This document shows positions 1 to 8,932 of a stretch of 28,709 bases of DNA, piece by piece. The notes beneath the pieces are model-generated. The model was not told where the DNA came from. It ran no database searches and worked only from the letters and a program-made list of their open reading frames with translations. This DNA is from a virus (taxonomy: Duplodnaviria; Heunggongvirae; Uroviricota; Caudoviricetes): the IMG/VR virus record IMGVR_UViG_3300038412_000041; one strand, written 5' to 3'. The position numbers were made by a program, and so were the translations under genes. Position 1 is the stretch's first letter. Each line of letters opens with the position of its first letter.

Positions 1-474
1 TGATTGCGGTATCTTTAGAGCAGGTGCCATAGCTGACACATCATTTCCAACAGTACCATTACCTCTGGTGTAGATTTTTACTGGTTGACCTGCTTTATAT
101 ACCATTTCTAAAGCAGCACCACCATCAAGCTTTAGAGATTCTACATAAGGACCTTTGTGAGAGTCTAACCATTGCTCAACTCTGTCATTCTTGACTTTGT
201 TTAAACTAGGCATTGGAATAGGAAGCTTCACTTTCCTTCCAGTTTTTACTTCTATACCAACCTTCTTGAAATAAGGATTTGTTGGATCAATATCGCGTAA
301 GTTATCTTCTAGCTTATCAAACACTTGGTCAGTAATCTTTCCACTCTTGATACCAAGTCCTTGCACTTCTTCAGGTGAAGCCACATAATACTTTTCAGAG
401 TTGTAATATGCGTCTTTTGCCTTCATCAATAGATTGACAGCGCGTTTAACAGGAAAAGCAGATAACACTATCAT
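1..474 (-). CDS. ligA: NAD-dependent DNA ligase, 5' part (runs off the left edge; absent from the ORF track)
   Basis: Manual translation from the ATG at 474, which overlaps the upstream stop as ATGA: MIVLSAF...KDAYYN...ITDQVFDKLED...KVKLPIPMPSLNK...SLKLDGAALEMVY...IYTRGNGTVGNDVS. This contains domain Ia (YY..D..FD), PMxSL, the KxDG adenylation motif and TRGNG..G.DV. Confidence 0.93.
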   Translation of the reverse strand, partial: MIVLSAFPVKRAVNLLMKAKDAYYNSEKYYVASPEEVQGLGIKSGKITDQVFDKLEDNLRDIDPTNPYFKKVGIEVKTGRKVKLPIPMPSLNKVKNDRVEQWLDSHKGPYVESLKLDGGAALEMVYKAGQPVKIYTRGNGTVGNDVSAMAPALKIPQS

Positions 475-1058
475 AGATCACCTGTCACTAAATTGTCGAA
501 AGAGAAAGCGTACTGATGCATTTCATACTTCAACCCTGTCTTATTAAGGCGTTGCTTTAGAGCAAGCAACATTGCATTATTGACGTTTCTGACATTGATA
601 TGTACACACTTGATATGTTCCTGAACATTTTGTATAAGACTGTGTGGTCCTATCGATATTGTAGAGTCTAAACACAAGATTACAGGTTCGGTATTTGTTC
701 TTCCTGGCTTCTTATCAAGTACAGTGACAGAAACTAACTGGTTCTTGTTGATTGCTTCCAACAAACCTTCAATACCAATGGCTACATATCTAGGCCCACT
801 ATGTGTCAGTGGTGGTTGTGTTGTTTGTTCATCAAAATCTTGCATTGTTAAGTCAGGTCCATATTCTTTATTGTACAGTTCCAAATAGTGCTGGTTCCTA
901 GTCTCTTTTATCTTTTCTAATAGGGCTATCTGCTGTTCTAACGTTTTGTAAGATTCCTCAACATCTTTGTCTGGCGAGTATCTGTTAGAATCTAAAAAGT
1001 GCTTGATCTTTGTTTTCCTATTATTGAGTGCTTGAAGTATTAAATCTGCAGGAATCAT
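471..1058 (-). CDS. hypothetical protein
   Basis: Long ORF co-oriented with its neighbours. The likely start is the ATG at 1058 (MIPAD), which overlaps the upstream TGA and follows GGAG. No family recognised. Confidence 0.7.
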   Translation of the reverse strand: MIPADLILQALNNRKTKIKHFLDSNRYSPDKDVEESYKTLEQQIALLEKIKETRNQHYLELYNKEYGPDLTMQDFDEQTTQPPLTHSGPRYVAIGIEGLLEAINKNQLVSVTVLDKKPGRTNTEPVILCLDSTISIGPHSLIQNVQEHIKCVHINVRNVNNAMLLALKQRLNKTGLKYEMHQYAFSFDNLVTGDL

Positions 1059-2785
1059 GCTCCGCTCCACAAAAGTTCATGTATTGTCTTTATAGGACGA
1101 ATGCTGGAATACTTGGATTCCAACTTTTTGAATTTTTCAGATAGCGTTGCTAATGTAGGTAGCAAGTACAGATACTCATTAATCAATGCATTTCTGATAG
1201 CTGTAGTTACACCTGGAATATCTTCATCATCCATAACTGCCATATAGTTTTTAACAGCATTAGGTTTGGATAGAAGAAACTCGGCAGCTTTTTCCTTGTT
1301 ATCATTTATGCAACAGGCAAGAACCATTGCGAATGCCATTTTTGTAGTACCACCAACAGGTATACCAACAGCAGTCAAAAGATTTTCAGTTATAGGTTTG
1401 TCGCGCGTTTTGTAGATATCTTTGGTTGTAGGTTGTCTTAAACCTGCTAGAAAATATGGGATAGGGTTGTCTTTTATGTCTGATGAATCCGTAGTTATAG
1501 CTTTTAATTTGGCAGTCAAAAACTTTACTTCTGCTCCTCGCTGTTCTACCTTTACAGCACCAGACTTTTTCAAGATGTTGCTGAACCTATCAATATCCAC
1601 TTTGTTCGCATTTACTTCAGGAGATATCTCTAAAATACCATCCTTATGCAAAGCAGCTACTACGCAGTTTTTATCTTTTATTCTATAGTCAACTATAAGT
1701 AATATGGCGTCAAATATGGATAGGTTAACAAGACTCAACTCGTTATCTTGCGAGTCTAAGGTAATAACTTGTGCCTCTAATTTTCCTGGAAAACTATCAA
1801 TAAATGGAATTGGTGCTTTCCATTTGTCAGCTACCTCTTTATCTTTTATGTATAGAGAGATAGCGATTAAGCTAGACATGGATGCATCAGGTATCAAGTG
1901 AAAACCTTCAAACAGATCAGTTTCAGAGTACTCACTTACATGATTTACTATGTTTTCACCTTCATAACTTACAAAGTAAGTTCTTCCTTCTTTCCATACA
2001 AGTGAACCGTTATACTTTTTAGCCTCTGCTTTCTTCATTGCTTTCCAAGCACCACCTATTTTGTAATCTGCTCTATGAGATACAGTTATAGCTCCAAGAG
2101 ACTTTAGAAATTCCAGTATGTATTTTATGTATTCTTTCTTTACTTGAAGGTTTGCTTTACCTTGTATTTGATATACTTCAGTTCCTTCAATATCAATAGT
2201 AGCATGAGGTACATTTGAACCATCACGCAACGAGTAAACTTTCTTATTGCCTAGCAAAGACTGTGCATGATAATAGCCTCTACCAACACAGTGTCCCATA
2301 GCATTGCCTTCATCTTCCATAGCTTTACTGCCGGTAAGAGACACTACGCGCCAGGCATTGGGAAAAACGTATACGGTATGGACACCATCCGTATCTTTAG
2401 GAACTTCCATCTTTTTGGTTGTGAGCTTCTTGTGCCACTTAGCACTTGCACCTTGTGCAGCCTCTACTCCAGTTCTAAGAGCAGATTCTCCTTTTAGTTG
2501 TACTTGATTTTCAAGAAAGTCTAACACTCCTGATTCTAAAACATTACGAATATCAGCAAGCTTAACATTGACTGCTTTCTCTTTCAGCATCCACTCAGGC
2601 AATCCTTTAGTGGTCTGCATAACCGTATCTTCAGCAGGTGCTTTATTTAGACACCATTTGCGAAAGGTACCTTCCAACCAATCTTTTAAAGTAGGATGCC
2701 TATTAACCTCTTCTTTTATTAAGCTGTCTAGTTCATCGGTATTTAGAACAACACGTGCGAGTACAGTGTTATTAGCAGGCATCAT
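1055..2785 (-). CDS. PcfJ-like domain protein
   Basis: EGNAMGHCVG..Y...VYSLRD...PHATIDI...QIQGKAN matches the PcfJ-like signature common in large phages. The long C-terminal region is unassigned. Confidence 0.75.
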   Translation of the reverse strand: MMPANNTVLARVVLNTDELDSLIKEEVNRHPTLKDWLEGTFRKWCLNKAPAEDTVMQTTKGLPEWMLKEKAVNVKLADIRNVLESGVLDFLENQVQLKGESALRTGVEAAQGASAKWHKKLTTKKMEVPKDTDGVHTVYVFPNAWRVVSLTGSKAMEDEGNAMGHCVGRGYYHAQSLLGNKKVYSLRDGSNVPHATIDIEGTEVYQIQGKANLQVKKEYIKYILEFLKSLGAITVSHRADYKIGGAWKAMKKAEAKKYNGSLVWKEGRTYFVSYEGENIVNHVSEYSETDLFEGFHLIPDASMSSLIAISLYIKDKEVADKWKAPIPFIDSFPGKLEAQVITLDSQDNELSLVNLSIFDAILLIVDYRIKDKNCVVAALHKDGILEISPEVNANKVDIDRFSNILKKSGAVKVEQRGAEVKFLTAKLKAITTDSSDIKDNPIPYFLAGLRQPTTKDIYKTRDKPITENLLTAVGIPVGGTTKMAFAMVLACCINDNKEKAAEFLLSKPNAVKNYMAVMDDEDIPGVTTAIRNALINEYLYLLPTLATLSEKFKKLESKYSSIRPIKTIHELLWSGA

Positions 2786-2793
2786 CCATCCTA

Positions 2794-3027
2794 TTATCTT
2801 GGTTGTATAGAAACGTTGAAACGTCTCCCATCAACAACAATATCAAAAGAAGTGGTGTCTCCTATAGTCACTACTTCATGTATAGAGGCTTTACTTTTCT
2901 TCATTGCAGATTCCAACCATTGTTTACCACTAAGTCTCGTAACAGGATCACTATATTTTTGCAGCAGCATCGGGATTTGTTCTTTTTCAGGATGTGTCTT
3001 GATAATGCGTCTGATAGGAGAAACCAT
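2794..3027 (-). CDS. hypothetical protein
   Basis: 77-aa ORF with a 1-nt stop/start overlap (TAATG) with the upstream gene. Confidence 0.65.
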   Translation of the reverse strand: MVSPIRRIIKTHPEKEQIPMLLQKYSDPVTRLSGKQWLESAMKKSKASIHEVVTIGDTTSFDIVVDGRRFNVSIQPR

Positions 3028-3254
3028 TATTTACCATTCCTTATTCTAGAGTCTTCAACGCGTTGCCAATCTACCAGGCAATCTTTGTAATAACCACAGT
3101 TCTTCCCTTTCTTCTCTTCTGGAATATCTAAACATTCATGGCATGGAAGTTTTGGCTCCGGTTTAGGGTTATTTACAGCGTCATGTATTGCTTTTCTGAT
3201 CGTATCTTCTTCGTGCAACATTGAAGCTTCTATTAAGTACTCGTCCACTTTCAA
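3027..3254 (-). CDS. TraR/DksA-like C4 zinc-finger protein (divergent)
   Basis: 75 aa with an acidic N-terminal helix, then CHEC-LD-IPE...C-x5-C and a C-terminal helix. Size and layout resemble TraR (CxxC..IPE..CxxC). TTG start preceded by AGGA. Confidence 0.5.
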   Translation of the reverse strand: MKVDEYLIEASMLHEEDTIRKAIHDAVNNPKPEPKLPCHECLDIPEEKKGKNCGYYKDCLVDWQRVEDSRIRNGK

Positions 3255-3263
3255 TTTTCCTAG

Positions 3264-3467
3264 TTAGTTTTGCACGTTAGAGAAAGCCTTCCAGATACTA
3301 TCACTAATTACTTTAGTAATCTGAGTATCAGGAAAGCTACTGTCAGTATAACCATGCAAATGTTTACATTCATAAATTCCTTCAACACCTACACTGCGGA
3401 TAGCGTTAAAAATAATCTTTCCTTCTGGATTGCGATAAAATCTTTCTACCGTGTTCATTTTATTCAT
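3264..3467 (-). CDS. hypothetical protein
   Basis: 67-aa ORF overlapping the upstream endonuclease stop and filling the gap on the coding strand. Confidence 0.55.
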   Translation of the reverse strand: MNKMNTVERFYRNPEGKIIFNAIRSVGVEGIYECKHLHGYTDSSFPDTQITKVISDSIWKAFSNVQN

Positions 3468-5148
3468 TAACCTCTACAGTATTTAAATATATCCAACGTT
3501 TCTTTCCAGAATCATATATTCTAGGTATACCAAATTTTTCGCAATTTTCTCTCTCCGATAAAGACTCATTGAAATTATTACCAAGCAGCTTACGTAATGA
3601 ACTTCTACGTGTAGAGGATTTATGGACTCTTCTTTTGTTGATTATTGGATAATAATCTGGTTTTACATAACCATCAAATGAGAATCCTAACACTTCATAC
3701 ATGTTACCTGTAAACCAGTCATTAGCAGAGTAACTTATTATTTTGGTTGGGTTGTAGTCTCTAATAAAGGCAGTGAACAGTCTTGAAGCACCTCCAGCTA
3801 TATTTCCTACAGAAGCAAAACGAACTAGTTCAAATTCGGTAGGTTTACTTTTTATTCCTCTAATGGAGCGTATACGATCAAAGGACATTAAAGCGACACA
3901 TCTTTTTCCATCAAACAACCCATATGAAATTATAGGTTTTCTTGGTGCTCCTTGTATATGATTTTTATCAAACCAAGCAGCTACAGCTTTAAATGCTGTT
4001 CCTTTCCAGACACGCAACTTTCTAGCTTGAAACTTTTCAGTGGTAAGTCCTAAAATATGTCGTAGCGTTTTTAACACTACACGTTTATTAAACTCCAATT
4101 CGTCTTCGTATATATGTATAAGACGCCAACCTGCTTTATTTGCCGCTTTTGTTTTGTTCGCATGGTATGAAGGACCTATTCTATCTTCAGAGTGCCAAAA
4201 TAGTCCATTTACTTCTATAGCTATCTTTTTTGAAGGGATAACAATATCTAATTCTTTAGGTGCGATTACTTTTCTATCAGATTGCAAAGCATCAGAAAAT
4301 CTTTTCTTTATCCAGTTGAATAATGATTGTTCTATGTCAGAAATAGGCTTTCCATTGTTGCATATAGGACATCCATGACCTGAACTTAATGAAGTACCTA
4401 GTGCGTACCATATATGTTTACATACTTTACATAGAACTTTGCACTTTTTCTGTGAACCGGCATAATGCAATATCTTTATAGTAGGACTAATATTTGATAT
4501 TTCAGTATTGAATTGATCTTTTGGTTTTAACTGAAGTCTATAAATTGGCTTTGCTTCTTCAAGGCAAATATTGCATACATGTTTACGTTGTAACAACTCT
4601 GCCTTTTTAATACCACTTACTTTATGAATTGAACAGTACCACTTTATAGGTTTTCTTAAGCCTTTATACTTGGATATTACTTTTATATGTGGTCGTTTAG
4701 GAAGAGTATTCAAAAAGTCTTCATGACTATTTATAAGTCTTTTTCTTAATTCCTTTACTTTGCACTTTGCACAACAACCTGAAAATGTAGATGCTACGTA
4801 TCTAGGTTGTGCTTTGTATTTTCCGTGTTTTGAGCACTCATAGTTTGTTTCTTTTCTATCACCTAAATAAGGTCCTAAAAACTTTATATTAGGTAAATAT
4901 TTTTCTAGATATATTAAATGTTTATTTAACCATCTTGCATTTTTAGATTTTTTAAAGCCTTCATTAGAACACTTTGAACAACCATAAGAGCCCAATACCT
5001 GTTCAGGTATAGCATTGAACTTGATACTATGAGTTGTACATATAAAAATAGAACTATTCTTAAGCCCTTTAAAGTCTAAAACTTTTATATGTGGACACCT
5101 ATCTAAAAGCCTTTTTTTCATTACATCTAGTGTTACTTTTTTTGTCAT
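3460..5148 (-). CDS. Hef-like free-standing homing endonuclease 1 (4 Zn-finger repeats + Vsr/EDxHD-like nuclease + Mom/GNAT-like C-terminal domain)
   Basis: Four Cxx(H/C)...CxxC repeats; nuclease core ELDIVIPSKKIAIEVNGLFWHS...GWRLIHIYEDE; C-domain NHIQG...FELVRFAS...GGASRLF...IISYS...GNMYEVLGF. The likely start is the ATG at 5148, 5 nt after GAGGT; the ORF-track start is 5163. Confidence 0.8.
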   Translation of the reverse strand: MTKKVTLDVMKKRLLDRCPHIKVLDFKGLKNSSIFICTTHSIKFNAIPEQVLGSYGCSKCSNEGFKKSKNARWLNKHLIYLEKYLPNIKFLGPYLGDRKETNYECSKHGKYKAQPRYVASTFSGCCAKCKVKELRKRLINSHEDFLNTLPKRPHIKVISKYKGLRKPIKWYCSIHKVSGIKKAELLQRKHVCNICLEEAKPIYRLQLKPKDQFNTEISNISPTIKILHYAGSQKKCKVLCKVCKHIWYALGTSLSSGHGCPICNNGKPISDIEQSLFNWIKKRFSDALQSDRKVIAPKELDIVIPSKKIAIEVNGLFWHSEDRIGPSYHANKTKAANKAGWRLIHIYEDELEFNKRVVLKTLRHILGLTTEKFQARKLRVWKGTAFKAVAAWFDKNHIQGAPRKPIISYGLFDGKRCVALMSFDRIRSIRGIKSKPTEFELVRFASVGNIAGGASRLFTAFIRDYNPTKIISYSANDWFTGNMYEVLGFSFDGYVKPDYYPIINKRRVHKSSTRRSSLRKLLGNNFNESLSERENCEKFGIPRIYDSGKKRWIYLNTVEVNE

Positions 5149-5165
5149 CATATACCTCAACATAA

Positions 5166-5184
5166 TATACTAACAGTAAATTAG
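5166..5184 (-). promoter_or_regulatory. candidate phage promoter motif CTAATTT-N5-TAGTATA
   Basis: Intergenic. The same two boxes recur in the intergenic gap at 10628-10643. Confidence 0.3.
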
Positions 5185-5218
5185 CTGAAATATATGGCGG
5201 ATTTCAAACCACCGTTAG

Positions 5219-5959
5219 TTATATAGTTATTAAGGAATGTCCTGCAGCACTAAGGAAAGCTGGATCAGTTACAACAGAGTATTCGAAGCCGACAATATCG
5301 TGTACCTGTCTGAACACTAGCTTTCCATCAAGAACGTAGAAGTCCTTAGCATTGCGTTTGTTTATATGGCTGCATTGACCCATAGTTGCACCACAGCAAC
5401 CACAAGTATATCTGCCAACATAGGAACCCATAGAGAACGTATTGAGTGTTTTGTCCAAGAGTCTAGGTGCAACTTCATAGCCTTTATTTCTATCAACGGC
5501 TGCAAGTTTCAATAGTTTCCAGACCCTACCATTGCCGAAACCAGTCATTGGCCTCAAAGCTGCATCTGCTACTACACCTATAGCTTTGGTATAATCTGCG
5601 TTTTGATGTTCAATGAACATTGGTTTTCCTACAAATGTTTTGTAAGCTTGGCAACCATGCTCTGTGTTGAACTCTGTCAATGAGTCTAAAGGAAAAGCGA
5701 CTCCATTTCTATTTGGTAATCCAGATGGGATAGAGATTGCTGGTATCAAAACATAATCTCTAGGATTTGAAGATATCTGATACTTCTGGGATGCAAAAGG
5801 CAACCAAGTGTGAAAGTCCAAAAGTAAGCCTGCTTTCTCCACTGCTTCAATAGATGCTCTAGGCTCTGACTTTTTCTTCTCCATCTTGTACACATCTATA
5901 GGTTGCAGAAAACCTTGTGCATCTGCATACTCTATCCCTGCATACTTGTTTGTACTCAT
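5219..5959 (-). CDS. putative prohead (capsid maturation) protease with Zn-ribbon insertion
   Basis: PNRNGVAF, YKTFVGKPMFIEHQN (His), GVVAD, FSMG (Ser), CGCCG...CSH and FEYSVVTDPA follow the pattern of HK97/assemblin-type phage proteases, and the gene lies near the portal. Start reassigned to the ATG at 5959 (MSTNK, GGAG 5 nt upstream), which removes the overlap in the ORF track. Confidence 0.72.
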   Translation of the reverse strand: MSTNKYAGIEYADAQGFLQPIDVYKMEKKKSEPRASIEAVEKAGLLLDFHTWLPFASQKYQISSNPRDYVLIPAISIPSGLPNRNGVAFPLDSLTEFNTEHGCQAYKTFVGKPMFIEHQNADYTKAIGVVADAALRPMTGFGNGRVWKLLKLAAVDRNKGYEVAPRLLDKTLNTFSMGSYVGRYTCGCCGATMGQCSHINKRNAKDFYVLDGKLVFRQVHDIVGFEYSVVTDPAFLSAAGHSLITI

Positions 5960-5969
5960 AAAAACTCCA

Positions 5970-6581
5970 TTAGTTATTTGTTTCGTGACCAGAAGGCATT
6001 GGAGCTTTTGGACGCATATCAACCATATCTCTAATCTGTAGACCTTTAAATGGTTCAATCCACCACCGTCTAACGTATTCGACAATGGCATGATAGTCTG
6101 CATAAGGATCAGAGTTATGACTAAACGGTTGAATTTGGACACCAATATGTTTTGGTGTTCTATCCAAAACGCTTACATTCTCGCAAGTCTCTTCCCACCA
6201 ACTTGGAGGTTCCCCGTACATTAAGGAAAACGTTGTGGCTCTAGCCATTTCTTTTTCCTTATTTGGTATATCAAGCATTGTGTTATTACCTACAGCTACA
6301 ATCTCCCAATTCTCCAGCTTCTTGGCAGTTCTTACTACCAATTCATAAAGAGGATCAGCAGAGTCTACAAGTACCGTAACTGTTTGTCTGTGCTTGTTAC
6401 CTATATTCCACATAGATAATAGGTCAGCAGTTATACTTGTACGAAGCTTTGATACTTGGTTAGGTTGGACACTATAGCCACAAACCCAAATCCAAGTGCT
6501 ATTTGGGTATAGTCCTTTCAATCCATCTTTTATCCGTTCGTTCAAAGGTACACTACCAATTACTTTCATACGGTACCTCAT
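5970..6581 (-). CDS. hypothetical protein
   Basis: 203-aa co-oriented ORF with an alpha/beta-looking pattern. No family recognised. Confidence 0.7.
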   Translation of the reverse strand: MRYRMKVIGSVPLNERIKDGLKGLYPNSTWIWVCGYSVQPNQVSKLRTSITADLLSMWNIGNKHRQTVTVLVDSADPLYELVVRTAKKLENWEIVAVGNNTMLDIPNKEKEMARATTFSLMYGEPPSWWEETCENVSVLDRTPKHIGVQIQPFSHNSDPYADYHAIVEYVRRWWIEPFKGLQIRDMVDMRPKAPMPSGHETNN

Positions 6582-6595
6582 AAGTTGGAATCCAT

Positions 6596-7087
6596 TTATT
6601 TTATTAGACCTAAGTACAGTTTGTCACCAGGAACTGGCAAAGATTCAACGTCCAAGAACTGAACGTATAACTCGTATGTCTCTCCACCTGTAATCCTCAT
6701 CTTGACTTCCGCTACAGGTTCTTCTGACAACCTTTCTTGTCTACCTTTATCTATAAGATTTTGTGCGTCTTTAGAGACACTAGGATCAAGTGCATTTAGA
6801 ACGTGCCAATTTATTAGACGTAACAATGTATCTCTAGGAGTTTCGCTTTTGGCTACGTGGCACAGCACAAGCTCATCTTCAACAACACGATCAAAAGCGT
6901 CCCTTGATTCAAGAATCGTGATTACTTCTTTTACTAAAGAACACAACTCGGCAGCATCCCTTATCCTGTTAGCAATTTCATCGTCGTAATCTGCTATGTT
7001 GCCATCTTTCAATAGTCTCGTAAGAGTTTTTTCCACATCTGGCTTGCTAAGTTCCTTAAGCTTTTTCACTAGTTCATGTTGTTGCAT
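6596..7087 (-). CDS. hypothetical phage protein
   Basis: 163-aa ORF preceded by AGGT. The C-terminal EPVA...LP.PG.KLY segment resembles modules of small phage accessory proteins. Confidence 0.7.
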   Translation of the reverse strand: MQQHELVKKLKELSKPDVEKTLTRLLKDGNIADYDDEIANRIRDAAELCSLVKEVITILESRDAFDRVVEDELVLCHVAKSETPRDTLLRLINWHVLNALDPSVSKDAQNLIDKGRQERLSEEPVAEVKMRITGGETYELYVQFLDVESLPVPGDKLYLGLIK

Positions 7088-7100
7088 GGTGTTTTTACCT

Positions 7101-8930
7101 CTAACGTATTGATGGTATTCTTCCGAGTCTATCTTTTACTTGTTGCAGTCGCTTAGTGATTCCATGTTCACCTTCTTTTGCTAGTTCTTTCACACTCTTT
7201 GCCAACAAGTCGTAGGCTTTATCTCTTGCAATGTTTTGTCTGTACACGTATTGACGTTTCCCTGTAGGAGTCTCTGTAGAATATTCTGTTTGAAACTCTC
7301 TAGATAGAACTCCTCGTTTCTGTCTTCCCATCAAGTGACGTATCTGTTGTTCAACGCTTGAGTATTCACCAGGTTGTCCTTCTTGCTCTTGTCCAGGCGG
7401 TGTTTGACCACTTTCCTTCATTATATCGTCGATAGCTTTCCTTGTCTTTACATCATCTCTCAAATCTTTTAACAAGGCATCTATGTTAATACCACCACTC
7501 ATTGCCAACATTGATAACGGTATTGGTAGTCCTTTATCTTTGAGAGAGCCTAGAACATCTAAATATTGAGTATCTGCTTCAGGACGCAATGCTTTACGCC
7601 AGTGTACTGTAGGAATATCGTACATGGTGCTATTATTCATTTTGCGTTGTAGATTTACTGACAAACCTTCTGCAAAGTCTGCTTTCTCGAAAGAGTTTAC
7701 TGGAGTTTCATTAGGTGATTTATAGAATTTGTTAATTTCACCTATAAGAGTAAACATTTTAGATGTGAAAATCTTGTAAGTCAACATGTCTCTGTAGGTA
7801 CGCAAGTTCTCAACAAAGACAGAAAGACTAACATCCATCCCAGCATAGGTACTATCTGAACTCAAGAATGCTTCAGAGATACCTAATGCTCTCATTTTTA
7901 ATGAGTTGGTAGTATCAACAATATCAGTATACTTCCAGAAATCGCCTCCCTGTCTCATCTCAGTAGGTGCAATTCCTTGTCTAGTAGCAATAACTGGACC
8001 AAGAGGGTCCAGATCAGCTTGCATAAACAGAGAAGTCACAGCTTGCATTTCTTCAGGTGTTGGTTCCCAAGTATCATCACCCATTGCTACGTGTAAAAGA
8101 GCGCGTTGTCTTCTACCGGCTTCAATCAACGTTCCTCTATACAAAGTTTTCTCTATCAGATAGATCGGAAGAATACGCTTGTATATTGAAGTGCCTCGAA
8201 AATCTGTAGTGAACGTCTTACGTGGTACCCACAAAGTTGTCAGAGGATCAAGGTCAATCGCTCTCATTGCTAAGGAACGGATCGAATTTTCTCTAACTCC
8301 ATTCTTTCTCAACACTTCTGGACCTCTATCACGCATCATGTAGTGCTGAAAATCTCTTGAAGGATTTACTTTGATAGAAGGGTCAACAGAAAGCATTGGG
8401 ACTAAATCAACTGTGCAATCTTCATTTCTCCAAGGAGTCATGTCAATAAATCTATGAAGTTTTGCATTATAGATCAGTGTTGATACATGTGCACCTGTAA
8501 CCATATAGTCTATGGATATCTCAGGCATTACTGATTTGATATTTAGTTGTTCGATAGCTTGTTCGTAGACTGCCAAAGTCTTCTCATCCTTGCAACCAAT
8601 AAGATTAAAGTCAGAGAAAGGCATCGAACTCATTAGATCAACCATTGAACCTGCTACCGGATCGTGGTGATATATATCGCGGTAAAAACGCATACTGGCG
8701 AGTTCGTTCTCGCCAATAAGGTTTCCAAGCATTGTATCCCAAAGCACACCACCTTGTGGTAATACATCTACAACCATTCCATTTCTACCTGAACCAAACA
8801 TTGTACCACCGCTTGTAATGTTTGCCTGTTCAGTTCTAGCTTTAGCACCTACAGTTCTTTGACGTATTGGATTAGACAGAATTGCCCTCTGTCTTCCAGC
8901 TTGCTCAATTATCCTGACTTGCTTATTCAT
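7101..8930 (-). CDS. portal protein
   Basis: About 610 aa, downstream of the terminase. YRDIYHHDPVAGSMVD, DYMVTG, RGTSIYKRIL, LHVAMGDDTWEPTPEE and a C-terminal low-complexity acidic stretch are typical of large-phage portals. The start is uncertain (8930 or 8939; ORF track 8963). Confidence 0.78.
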   Translation of the reverse strand: MNKQVRIIEQAGRQRAILSNPIRQRTVGAKARTEQANITSGGTMFGSGRNGMVVDVLPQGGVLWDTMLGNLIGENELASMRFYRDIYHHDPVAGSMVDLMSSMPFSDFNLIGCKDEKTLAVYEQAIEQLNIKSVMPEISIDYMVTGAHVSTLIYNAKLHRFIDMTPWRNEDCTVDLVPMLSVDPSIKVNPSRDFQHYMMRDRGPEVLRKNGVRENSIRSLAMRAIDLDPLTTLWVPRKTFTTDFRGTSIYKRILPIYLIEKTLYRGTLIEAGRRQRALLHVAMGDDTWEPTPEEMQAVTSLFMQADLDPLGPVIATRQGIAPTEMRQGGDFWKYTDIVDTTNSLKMRALGISEAFLSSDSTYAGMDVSLSVFVENLRTYRDMLTYKIFTSKMFTLIGEINKFYKSPNETPVNSFEKADFAEGLSVNLQRKMNNSTMYDIPTVHWRKALRPEADTQYLDVLGSLKDKGLPIPLSMLAMSGGINIDALLKDLRDDVKTRKAIDDIMKESGQTPPGQEQEGQPGEYSSVEQQIRHLMGRQKRGVLSREFQTEYSTETPTGKRQYVYRQNIARDKAYDLLAKSVKELAKEGEHGITKRLQQVKDRLGRIPSIR

Positions 8931-8932
8931 TC

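Noticed and set aside
5188-5213. Hairpin GGTGG...CCGCC after the protease gene as a terminator
   Set aside because: The stem is short and imperfect with a poor U-tract; possible but not supportable.
5960-6145. N-terminal extension of the 308-aa protease ORF
   Set aside because: It overlaps the upstream gene out of frame. An ATG with a GGAG RBS at 5959 gives a non-overlapping gene.
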